Assembly (NCBI GenBank): GCA_002269645.1
Contig: NIVC01002879.1
Span: forward strand, 47,386 to 111,385
Direction of reading: 5' to 3'
Origin: Macrostomum lignano
Taxonomy: Eukaryota
DNA length: 64,000 nucleotides
Shown: positions 36,501 to 54,269 of the stretch, piece after piece
Position numbering within the stretch: position 1 is the first letter of the stretch
How the letters are laid out: every line of letters starts with the position of its first letter
Position numbers and translations under genes: made by a program
The notes under the pieces: model-generated
The model's database searches: none
Told to the model about the DNA's origin: nothing
Seen by the model: only the letters and a program-made list of their open reading frames with translations

Positions 36501-37087
36501 GTCCGACAACGGGGCTCGATTTGCCTCTGCCGAGTTCGCAAAGTTTACCAAGGCCAACGGCATCATTCGGTACATCTTCTCGGCGCCGTTTCATCCTGCC
36601 ACGAACAGCCAGGCCGAGCGCTTCGTCCAGGTGCTCAAGCGGCACCTGCTCAATAACGTCCACTTCGACGCGCGGCTGCAGCGGCTGCTGCCCTCTTACA
36701 GCAACACCCGGCCCGCACAGCGTCAGCGGTGTCGCTCCCAGACAGCTGCTCATAGGCCGGCGGCTCCGTGGCCGCCTGGATCTCCTGAAGCCTTCGCTGG
36801 CCAGCGATGTGCAGCAGCGACAGGAGCGGCTGCTGCAGGAGCGGCGGCCCGCGCGCGAGTTCCAGCCAGGTGACCGCGTCCTCTTCCGCGACTACAGCGT
36901 CGGCGCAAGGGCCGGCGATTCGCCGAGCTGGGTGGAGGGCGTCATCGAGAGTGCTGGCAACCGAAATAGCACCGTCGACTCGGAGCAGGGGCGGCACGTT
37001 CGGCGCACCGACCAGCTGCTGGCGGCGCCCGCCGCCGACACTAGCGTTCAGCCTGCCGATGCCAGGCCAGCCTTTGCCTTTCAAAGT
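33540..37087 (+). mobile_element. Decayed Ty3/Gypsy (Mag-like) gag-pol with frameshifts and stops; no recognisable LTRs
   Basis: Gag (YLERL..FRFQRRLQQPGE..RLRDQLVFGL), zinc knuckle CHACGKTGH, RT (PIVPVVKKDGSVRICADYK..RMPFG..FVDDIL), RNase H (CDASPYGLG..TDHLPL), and integrase (HPGISRM..WERLHVDFAGP..SDNG..HPATNSQAER), spread over several frames. Confidence 0.95.
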
Positions 37088-38269
37088 ATTTACACCTATG
37101 AAGCTGGATCTTTATGAGTAGTCCAGAATAGAATGCCTCGAGGCAAGAATGCCTACGAATCACATCTTTCTACTGCAGCTGTTTGCATAGATCTTATATT
37201 GTATATATAAGCAACGACACCTCGAGTTAAACATTGAGCTGCTCATATTTTTTCCAGTATCTAACATTGCATAAACTCTTACTTAATGAGTAGATCTGTA
37301 CGCATCTCCGCCTTTTCTCAGTGTGGCTACTGCCTCATTAAAAATGCGATAGAGCCACTGTCCCATAGTAACTCACTTGATGTTGCTAAACTTGGTGAAA
37401 ATTGAGCGAATATTCATTTAATGAAAAAAATTCTAAGAACTCAAAGAACTCAGCATCAGTTAAAACAAAATTTAATAGTCAGCTGACTCAGCTGACGACT
37501 TGCAAACACAAAAGAAAAAAGAAAGCATTAAAAGTGCGCTGCTGTAGTTTTATATTTATCGAATATTAATAAAATTATAATAGATAATTTCATATGCATA
37601 CTGTTGGATGAACTTTTTAGCTTAAAAAACGAACGACAACATAAAAGAATACATTAATAGATGATAATAAGTGGGTAAACAAAAGCGGTGTTAACTATAA
37701 CAACAATATTCTACAAGTAAATGTATAGTATGTAGATTACTACTAAATAAATAAATAGATTTGTACGTTTCAATTAACAAGACTGTGGTACTACTAAATC
37801 GAGCAAATTCTAATGATGTCTGTCTTTCGGAAATTCGGCATAGCATAAATAAAAAGCCAATAGCAGGTGTTAGAAGGGCAAAAATGTCAATGTAAAACAG
37901 ATATCAATCAAAAGTTCACCTAGAGACATGCGGAGATGGGAGAGGAATATAAAATATAAATTCATTCTTATTCACTTAATAAATTTGCTATGAATCTATC
38001 AATCAATTGGAGTCAGCAGTAAGATTTCAACGCATAGCGGCTTAAAAAACGTACATACTTACTACAAACTATATGAGTAGTATATAACTTGACTATTCGA
38101 AGCAATTAGTTGCTATAGAACTGCACAGCGGAGCTTTTTTTATAATAAACAAAATATTATACTACTTACTTATTGGAAACTAGTATACATGGTAGCAACT
38201 GAACCATTAGCGAGCTCGCATTTATTATCTAGGAATAGGAAATAGTATTTGGGAAGAGACCAAGGGAAA

Positions 38270-38525
38270 AAGCAGATGTACATTGGGGAGGCTGGGGGTG
38301 GTGCCGATCGATAATGTGGCAGATGTATATTGGGGAGGCTGGTATGGGAGCCGATCGATAATGGGGTAGTTGTACATTGGGGAGGCTGGGTGGGGTTGGT
38401 GCCGATCGATATTATGGCAGATGTACATTGGGTAGGCTGGGGTGGGAGCCGAGCCTATCGATAATGGGGTAGATGTACATTGGGGAGCCTAGGGTTGGTG
38501 CCGATCGATAATGGGGCAGATTTAC
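38270..38525. repeat. Degenerate ~45-bp tandem repeat
   Basis: Recurring GCCGATCGATAATGGGGYAGATGTACATTGGGGAGGCTGG. Confidence 0.8.
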
Positions 38526-39734
38526 ATCAACAGATATCCCAGTTAATTTCCTGTTAAGCCAAAAGCGACCTAGCACAAGCAATAGTAGCAACATATTAAG
38601 CGGGCCAGCAATTTCGTGCAATACGAGCAATTCGGACAAAGGAAAGCCCATTAATGGGTTAAATTCTAACAGCTAATTGAATTGAAAGTTAGCAAGAAAA
38701 GAAGAATAAAAAGCATTCTTGCGACGATAAAAGCAAAATTGACAATAGATAGAAAGCATGCAAGGATCCGCCCGCCGTAGAACTGAATTTGCAAACAGTA
38801 GTGGGGTTTGGGTAAAAGAATATAAGGATAATAAAACTCTGCTGGACAAGTTAGGAAATTTCAGCAAAAAAAGAAATTGGCTACCATGCCAACCCGGTAA
38901 AGACTTTTAATATAATTTGATCCAAGTAACAGAAAGTGGTTTTCTAAGAAAACACGGAAGGGTGACCGCTTATGAAGTAAAAGGACAAAGCGTACTTTTA
39001 TTGAGTAGAATAGGCGACAATGTACAGACATGCCGGCAATGTGCAAAATTCAGAATTTAAAAGGAAATTTCATTTTCAACCGAATAAACTACTTACATTG
39101 TAAAATGATAAGTAGTATAAATATAAAATTAAAAAAACAAGGATTGCGAATAGTCGAACAAAGAGTAATTCTGAATTCGGGCAGTTTTGCATTTCTCCAG
39201 CGTAGCACACAATAAACTAAATTGCGTATAGCATAAAAAACTTTAAAACAAAAGCAGATTAGCAGACCGAGATTTAGGCGGAACAACACGTGTTCAAAGG
39301 AACACGCATACAAATAGAGGTGGGAGAAGAGAGCAGCAAGAGTTGAACGTTTGAGTTAAATTAAAAAGCAAATAAATAAGCATATTATAAAAACATGGTA
39401 CATATCAATTATATTGGTAATAAAAAACTAAAGCGAAATGTGTGTGTGGAAATTAATTTACAAGACTACTGCAGCTTCTATTTTACACGTTCCAGATGCA
39501 TTCTAAGAACAAATTATTTTTATTGTTGCTGTTAGATTAAATTAGTTAATTTAATTCAATTTAAACAAAGCAGCGCGCGCGCGGAAGTGCTTATGTTACA
39601 AAATAAACAAATAGACAGGCATATGTATAAGCATAAATTATCAAATTGATCTCTCAAAAGACCTGTATGCATATATAAATATCCAGTTGTTGTCATTCTA
39701 TAAAGAAACTGTTTGCACAGTCAGCAAGCACAGT

Positions 39735-45732
<5,998 letters not shown>

Positions 45733-45734
45733 TC

Positions 45735-46351
45735 AGACGACTGAGTATGGTGGCTCATGACTGAGCAGTGTGGCTCAGATGACTGAGCAGTGTGGCTCAG
45801 ATGACTGGGCAGTGTGGCTCAGATAACTGAGCAGTGTGGCTCAGATGACTGAGCAGTGGGGCTCAGATGACTGAGCAGTGGGGCTCAGATGACGGAGCAG
45901 TGTGGCTCAGATGACTGAGCAATGTGGCTCAGACGACTATGGTGGCTCATGACTGAGCAGTGTGGCTCAGATAACTGAGCAGTGGGGCTCAGATGACTGA
46001 GCAGTGTGGCTCAGACGACTGAGTATGGTGGCTCATGACTAAGCAGTGGGGCTCAGACGACTGAGTATGGTGGCTCATGACTGAGCAGTGGGGCTCAGAC
46101 GACTGAGTATGGTGGCTCATGACTGAGCAGTGGGGCTCAGACGACTGAGTATGGTGGCTCAGATGACTGAGTATGGTGGCTCATGACTGAGCAGTGTGGC
46201 TCAGACGACTGAGTATGGTGGCTCATATGACTGAGTATGGTGGCTCATGACTAAGCAGTGAGGCTCAGATGATTGAGTATGGTGGCTCATGACTAAGCAG
46301 TGGGGCTCAGATGACTGAGTATGGTGGCTTATGACTAAGCCACCATACTCA
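45735..46351. repeat. ~22-bp hairpin-forming minisatellite with terminal foldback
   Basis: Units GACTGAGCAGTGTGGCTCAGAT and GACTGAGTATGGTGGCTCA(GA)T. Confidence 0.92.
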
Positions 46352-46573
46352 AAAATCAACCTTATTAATACTTACTTATTGAAACTTTTCACTATGAAAC
46401 TAAACTTAGATCATTACAATATTTATTGGAACTGACAAATCATAAACTCATAAATTACAATTTTATGTAATATATTCTTTAAATGGCAAATATCTATTTT
46501 TTGCCTTAGTGACTAAGCTAACAAATATATACCTTGTTTTTAAAAAGTAAATAAGTTGTGAGATAGATATAGG

Positions 46574-46784
46574 CATACATGCGCAACTGCTGGCCAATCT
46601 GGCCACCGTAAATTGTGGTGGACCAGGGGTAAGTCGCAAAAATTATAAGAGAGTCATAGTTACTCCTGCCGTTTTCCCAAATTGTATTAATGTTGCTCTA
46701 GGGTTTCTTTCACAGGTAAGTTGCATTTTTGGTAAAAAAAGTAAGTTGCATGGCCAGTGTAGATCAGGGGGTTGCGCATGTATG
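46574..46784. mobile_element. MITE A (211 bp): 14-bp TIR CATACATGCGCAAC, 8-bp TSD GATATAGG; carries a 28S rDNA-like cassette
   Basis: TSD at 46566-46573 and 46785-46792; perfect TIRs. CAT termini plus 8-bp TSD suggest the P (or hAT) superfamily (inference). Confidence 0.9.
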
Positions 46785-47837
46785 GATATAGGTTCAACAG
46801 CAAAACTCAGAAATCTAACAGATTTGCATATAAAGATTTATAGAACTAGTTGAATATGTAACTTGTAAGTGGGACAGCCAATTAATTTTTTTTCTAAATG
46901 CCTCTTCTAATTTCTCTAGTGTTATAGACATCTGTATCTATAGTTTTTGATTAATTTATCAGTCATTCCAGCCTAAATCTACCATGTTCATGTCAGTGGC
47001 TTATGTACATTATGGCAAGTTGTTTACACTTGCAAGCTTATGATTCTAAACTTATCAAAGTCAGCTGCCTTTATTCATATAAAATAGCTTATGTATTTTT
47101 CATTGCTATTGAACTGAAAGTAGAAAGCTGTTTTGCTGAGTATAAACTATAGTGGTCAATCTCTAGGGGTATTCTAGTATCTGTAGTTTAAATTACAAGT
47201 AGTTTTAAGACAGGAATATTGAACTAAGAAGATCCTTAATACATATAAATTGAAGCCTTATAGGGTTCTAACTAACCTAAAGCTAAAGCTAGTTGGAGGA
47301 ACTCAGATTATCAAAATTGGGCTTCATAACTATAAGAATATTAAATTAATAATTGAATTGACATTTATTATAAAAAACAATGTTTTGTATTTGAATAACT
47401 ACCTAGCATATTAATATATCAAATGTCAAATGCCCATAGCAAAGAAAAATGCTAGCTTTATTAGAAATATTTGCCTAAAATTTACTTAGCTTTATTTGGT
47501 ATTTTGGTAAAAAATAGTATATTTTGGAAAAAAGGTTGTGGTTAAGAGATAAAGGGAGTGCCAACAAAATACAAAAATCTTAATTAAATGCAATAATATT
47601 ATTCTAAAGAAATAAGGTATCAAAATTTTCTGCAATGGCAAGTTGTCATAAATGCGAAATAGACATAATATTCATTTTGTTATATTGCATATGCAAACTA
47701 CCAAATGTTGCAATGCAAAAAAGAATTTTTATTGTTGCAACAAAAAAGGTCCATTATTATAAGAACCGAGGTTGCACATTTTGTATAGAATTTTTTATGT
47801 ACATTTCCAATTTTTTGACATACTTGGGATAGAAAAC

Positions 47838-48140
47838 TCTAGTGTATACCCCTATTGCAGCGCATGGCTTAAGTACGCCAGACGCCTACACAACCTGCGC
47901 CACGCTGTGAAATGACTTACCTGTGAAAGAAACCCTAAAGCAAAATTAACGCAGTTTTGGGTAAACGGCAGGAGTAACTATGACTGTCTTATCAAGCGTA
48001 AATGCCTCGGCATCTAATTAGTACCGCGCCGCGCCGTACTAATCGCTGCTCGTCGTACGCGCCGCGCCGCGCTGTATTAGATCCGCGCCGGACGCCGTCC
48101 GCCAAAATGCCCATGCGCTGCAATCAGGGTGTATACTAGA
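47838..48140. mobile_element. MITE B (~300 bp): ~30-bp imperfect TIR ending ATTGCAGCGCATGG; carries a 28S rDNA-like cassette
   Basis: Left TCTAGTGTATACCCCTATTGCAGCGCATGG vs reverse complement of right TCTAGTATACACCCTGATTGCAGCGCATGG. TSD unresolved (CTAG at both ends). Confidence 0.8.
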
Positions 48141-48639
48141 CACCTTCTTGACTATGGCATGTCAATCTCTGTTACCAAATTAGTTAGAACCAATTGGGAA
48201 TGGTGTCTAATGGGCCCTAGGGAGGGAGAAAGGCTAAGCCCCCCCCCCCTGTTCCCTGTTAGGCCACAGGTTCCTATATGGCCTCCTACTTTTAGTATTT
48301 TTACTTTGGAGTTTCCAAAGAAATATTTTGAAACATTATTTTCCTTTTTTAGAGTTTTAATTCTAGAAACAAACTAGTTTCTGTACAAGCACAAGCCATT
48401 GAAACCCACAGATTTTGAACCTGTGGAATTCTAATCCCAGGTCCCCAGGAACAATTTCTGTATGTATTCAAAATCTGAAATCATATTCAAACAAAAGACT
48501 TGTTAATAGTTAAGATAGACATAAAAATAAAATGAAAAAAATTGTCCAAAAATAATATTTTAAGTAAGCACTGATCTCATTAGCTGGGATATTGCACAGA
48601 ATATCAGGCAATGTTTTTTGAAAACATATATTAGCAAAC

Positions 48640-49430
48640 TCTGACCTCTTGTCTCTGCTTCTTTCTATGATAGATCCTTAGAAACTTATCTTCTTTTCTG
48701 TTTCTCCCTCTTTCTCTCTCTCTCTCTTCTCTTTTTTCCTAATCCTATTTCTTGTTTTCTCTCTCCTCTTCTTTTGTCTCTTCTTTCACCTTTCTAATTT
48801 TTGTTCTCTACTTTCTTTTTTCTCCACTTTCTCTTCTCTTTTTATTTTCCTTTGCTTTTTACTTTCTTCTCTCCCCACTTTTCACTCTTCATTCTCCTCT
48901 CACAACACTTCTCTCTTCTCTCTTTTCTATTTCTATGCTCTCATTTCTTATTTTTCCTATTATCTCTATACTTTCTCTTTTTTATCTCAATCTTTTTCTA
49001 TCTATTTTTTCCTGTCTCATCTTTTCTCTCTTATCTCTAAGCTGTATTCTCCTCTCAATTTTTCCAACTTTACTCAACTTTCTCTCTTTTCTTCTTTTCT
49101 CTTTCTTTTTACTTTTTCTTGTCCTCTCAATTCTCCCTTTTATTTCTTCTCCTTACTCTACTGCTTTCTCCCATTGTCTATCTTTTCTACTCTCACAATT
49201 TTTCTCTTTCCTCTCATCTCTATAATCTTTCCCCTCTCTTCTCTCTTTTTGCCTGTCTTTCTTCTTTTTTCTATTCTTTCTACTCTAACATCTCTCTTCT
49301 TTATTCTCTCATCTGTTTTCCTTTCATATTTCCAATTTCACTTTTCTTTTCTTTTATTTTTCCTCTTTCCTTTCTTCTATTATTTTTTCTCTCTTTTCTT
49401 TTCTTTACTTTTTCTCTTTTCTTATAATAA
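48640..49430. repeat. CT-rich low-complexity region
   Basis: Direct inspection. Confidence 0.85.
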
Positions 49431-52400
49431 TACAAAAATAAATATATCAAATATTTTGAATCTAAATAACCAAAAGTTTTTTGATAGAGATCTGCTAAAT
49501 AAAATAAATAAGCAATTAAATGTATTCATGTTAAAGTTTATTTAGCTTTCTATTTAAAAACCTTTAAATTACAAAAAAACAACTTAACAAAGAGTTAAAA
49601 ATCATTTTTAAAATATTTTTCAATGAAAATTTAAGTTTAAGATATTGCCCTTTAGTTGTTATTGCTCCCTATTATGGACATTCCTTTGATTGATCTTCTA
49701 GACACTCCTCTAGACATTCCTTTGTCAATTAGGTTTATTTTTACAAGAGACAAGGTATAAAATTTTGGAAATTGTATCTTATGCCTAATTTTAAGCTACA
49801 ATTTAGGTTTCAAAATGTAATTTCTCTTAGGCCTATTAAATAATGCTTAAGCCTTATAAAAGGAAAATCAGTAGTTATGAGACCCTACCTAAACTATACT
49901 CAAAATTTTCAATTTTGATGTGCAATTTCAAAGTGCATACTCTACTATATAAACACAAAATCTTTCTAATAAGAATAAATATCACAAATTTTAAAACTTC
50001 AAAAGACAAAAATACCAAGCAAAATGTAATAAAAACTTACATCTTGAAGAATCTACACAATTTTAGAAATTGCCAGATGTCCCAGATGAATATATTAGAC
50101 CAAGTGATTACAATTCAATTTAACTATAAAAAACTTAGCTAATTTCTTAAGTTTTCAGTACAAACAACATGTACTAACTTAGGATTAATATAAATGATAT
50201 TTTCCTTAAACCAATGCGAAGTTTATTAATTATTGCTGATGCTGATAAAGTTAAGTTAATTACATGCGAGCACGCGTTAAGTTGAAATTGATTTAAACAT
50301 TTGTAAATAATGCGCAACAATATGCGCAATGTAAATATAAACTTGAGAGCTCACTAGCTTGCTTTACTTGACAAGAACTTTTAGAAAGAGCACAAATGTC
50401 AGCTATCGTCATCGATTCAATCTATAGTTTAAGCTTGTTTCGGGTAAATTGAAAATAGGCAAGTTTAGTCAGCTTTTTGAGGTTGCTGATAACAGCTTAA
50501 ACAATATGTGTCTAACAACTTTAAGTTTATGATTGATAGTAGGCTAAAATTTGCTTTATTGTTTACTTTTTTAAGTATAAATTAATCAAATATTAAAAGT
50601 TATTATGAATAAAGAATATTTTCTTGTTGACGTTTGAAACACAAATTTGAACAGTTAAGTTTCTTGTAAATAGCTGTATTGAGTTATATTTTCGCTTAAA
50701 ACTGCGATCGTCCATTAGAAGTAAGTTATTTAATGTGTGTGATGTTTCATCAAGCCAGGAACCTTTTGTACTTTGGCAGTAGATGTTATATGTTATATAT
50801 TTTATTGCTTCATTAGATTGTAATTTTAGCCGGCTTTGTCAGGCCCCTAGCCTGATATAATTTATTGTAATGTAAAGTCAAGAAGTGATAGACTGATAGG
50901 GCCTAGTAAATAAATAGTCTCACATTTAGCTATGAGACGTTTTGGCGAAGTTTCGTTTCCACTAGTAATGTTTTGGCACATTCTGTTTTTGAGATCTTTT
51001 TTAATTTCAATTGTATTCTTCAATTTTGTTTCTATAGTATTTGTTAATTTTGCTGCTTTGTTACTTTGTCTTTATCATTAGGCCTACTTTTTTATTTCTA
51101 GGCCCTAAGAGTGAGCTGTTTCCTTTTTTATTTTAACTCTTTTTGTTTCCTTTTTGCTACTTTTGAAATGGGGGCTATTTTCAAAATAGATAGCTATATG
51201 CCAATACTGCAGCTACTAAGGCCTAAGTTCAAATTTGCATGCTTCAAGCCAAAAAAATAGTGCAGTGTATTTATTTGAATTCTGCATTGTTTCTGCATTT
51301 GAAGACAGATTGACTAAATTATTCTGTCTTTTGTAGGTCCTTAATTTTATGGGAAAGGTTATTAAAAATATTGTAATCAAGAGATCATTCTTTTGTATAG
51401 TCTAGCCTATATTATTTTTTTAATTAATTGGAATATTACAATACTTTGCCTAAACATTTTTTTGTGATTTGCCAAAATATTACTTTGCTAAAATATCATG
51501 TAGCCTCATATTTCTGTTGCAGCGCCCTTTTACTTATTTAAAATATCCCACTGTTGACACCAAGTTGTTGCAGGGGATCCTTCTGCCTATTCAAAATCCC
51601 ACCGTTTTGTCACCAAGTTGTAGCAGGCCTGTTACCTCTATCTTCCCTAATTCTACTAGATATTACCAAGTTGCTATAGGCCTTATAATTTCTTACCTAG
51701 TTGCACTAAACTACACTGGATTTTTACTATTTTCCTAGAATTTAATTCTTACACTTACATGTACTTTTATACTTTATGGGCTATCGTTGCTACGAATTAC
51801 CCCTGGTAGCTTCAGTGCCCGAGTGGCAAGACACTGCTAACTACTGCTAAACTCGTATTCTATAGTCCAAACACGGCATTTACCTCAGATCGAGGGGTTT
51901 CCGGCTTCCTTTATTACTGTCTCTCACGACTTAGAGCTGCATCACGCTTAGCTGCAACAGCCTGGACTATTTACTTTCTTCACTGGGTATTTCCACCCTT
52001 TTTACTGGGTATTCCACCCTTCTTACTGGGTATTCCACCCTTTACACTGGGTATTCCATCCTCTTTACTGGCAATCCCTGCCTATCACTGTACTAGCAAA
52101 ACACTCTTGCTATCCAACACGGTAACTTAGTCTGCAATACTGCTTCAAATGACTAATTCAGAAGAACCAAGAAATCTTAATTTCCTGTTAACTGAGTTAG
52201 GAACCCGAAAGGTCGAGGTCGAGTTCGAGGTTTCGTTTTATTTTGGCCTTGTATTTATACTAGTTAGAGTCTTGTTTCATTGGCTTATGTATCTAACATT
52301 AAAACAAATGAATAGCTAAAACAAATTATTCGCATCATTAAAACAAAATATTATTCAGTAAAACAAATTTACGAATTAAAACAAATCATACAGTACTTGT

Positions 52401-52722
52401 TATTTTGGCGGGAATTTAATTTCGCGGAAACATACTAATTTTCTAGGAATAAACATAGGCCCTTCTACATTTCTTCAGAGAATTTTTGTTTTTAAATGCT
52501 ATTTCCTAAATTATAAATTTCTCATTTTTTGCTAGAAACAAATTCTATAGAATAGAAAACAGCACCAGAAATATAAATTTTGAAATATTCTCATATAACT
52601 ATTTAAATCAATTGTGTTAGGCCTTTTTTTCCTTACTTACCTGAGATACTTTAGGTAAATAGCCTATATCTTTAATCTATATTGAAATAACTAAATTTTT
52701 AAAGCTATTACTTATATTTATT

Positions 52723-53021
52723 CATACATGCGCAACCTCTGAAATTCGGTCGGCCATGCGACTTAGTTTTAACAAAAATGCGACGTAGTTTTTGGCCAAA
52801 AATGCGACTTACATGTAAAAAAAACCCTAAAGCAAAATTAACGCAACTTTGGGTAAACGGCAGAAGTAACTATGACTGTCCTATTAAGCCAAAATGCCTC
52901 GTCAGCTACTTAGTACTACTACTTGATTATTTTTTCGGGTGGGCATTTTTGCGACTTTCTTGGTTGGCCGCCAAATCGGTTGGCTGGATCGGCCGACTCG
53001 GCCGACTGTTGCGCATGTATG
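52723..53021. mobile_element. MITE C (299 bp): TIR CATACATGCGCAAC, 8-bp TSD TATTTATT; carries a 28S rDNA-like cassette
   Basis: TSD at 52715-52722 and 53022-53029; same TIR as MITE A, opposite orientation; subterminal GCGACTT repeats. Confidence 0.9.
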
Positions 53022-53626
53022 TATTTATTACTGATTTCATTTGTTACATTTTGAAGCCACCTTTTTGTCTATTCATATTTATGAAAAATCTGGTTATCTG
53101 TCAGTTTTATTATTTTGTCTATTATAAAAGTTTTTAAGCCTTAAAGATATATTAAATTGGAATTGGTCAATCATTTGGTTTGGCTTTTTCGTTTCCTGCT
53201 TTATTTTTTCTATATTTTTCTAATGTTATTATTTTTCTAGCATTTTTTTCTGGCATTTCTAGATTAGCAATTCAATAACTTGATTCAGTTTAGCAGTAAT
53301 TTTGAAGTAATTTTCTCATTTTAAAGGAGAATAGTTGATTAATTTTAAATTAGATATGAACCAACAGAGGAAAGGCAAGAAATGCATTGAAAGAAAAGAT
53401 AGAAGAGTAGAAAAAAACTAAACAAGGAGAGAGATGAGAGAAAAGAAGAGATAAGAAGAGAGAGGAGGTGATAGACTAGATCAGAAAAGAAAAGAGAGGA
53501 GACACAAAAGAGCATAAAGAAGAGGAGAAAGGAAAAGAGAGAGTAGATAAGAGAAGAGAGAATAAAGAGGATATAAGAGAAAAGAGGAAAGATGATAGAT
53601 TAGAGAAGAGAAATAAGATTGAAGAG

Positions 53627-54269
53627 TAGTGTTCCACCATAAGGAGGGTCCATGTACCGTAGCCATAGCCAAAAGCAAAACTATGGCTTATTCCAATTCT
53701 CCATATTCCGTAGCCGTGGGGACCCCAAAATTACCATATTCCCATAGTTCCCATAGCTGTAGCCCTACTTTTAACAAAAGTCTAAAACATAGAATATTTT
53801 GAATCAATATGATAACCTAGTGCTAAAACAACTGCAAATTAAATTAGAAAATAAAAGAAACACTCAATTGCCTTTGTAAGATTATATTTCATCTTTTTTT
53901 CAGAGCAACAGTACTTAATCGTTACTGAAAGTACTAATGCTAAACTTTTTCACATTAATAAAAATCAGAGTTTGCTAGTGTTTTATTGTACTTTTTAGGT
54001 ATATTTTTTAAGTTTCTAGGTTGATAATACAGTTTACTGAAAGTATCTTTGTTTTACTCTACCTGTTTCTAATTTTTTTTTTTTTTTTTAACATTAATAA
54101 CTACGGCTACGGCAATCTACAGAATGTGACAGCAACTACCATATTTCCATAGTTGTAGCCATAAGAGCAGCTAGCTACCGTAGGTGTATCCATAACTGCC
54201 ATAGGCACCTATTTTACCATATTTGCCGTAGGATCCTGTAGCCGTAGCTATGGCTACGGCGGAACACTA
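53627..54269. mobile_element. hAT-like non-autonomous element
   Basis: TIR TAGTGTTCCRCCRTA at both ends; 8-bp TSD TTGAAGAG/TTTAAGAG (1 mismatch); subterminal GTAGCC repeats; inserted into a GA-rich tract. Confidence 0.8.

Noticed and set aside
45735-46351. CRISPR-like appearance of palindromic repeats
   Set aside because: No unique spacers, no cas genes, eukaryotic intronic context
47959-48029. Annotation as an rRNA gene
   Set aside because: Only ~70 bp match 28S, and they lie inside a TIR element; there is no surrounding rDNA
52183-52298. Solo LTR (TGTTA...TAACA)
   Set aside because: No TSD, PBS or second copy in the window
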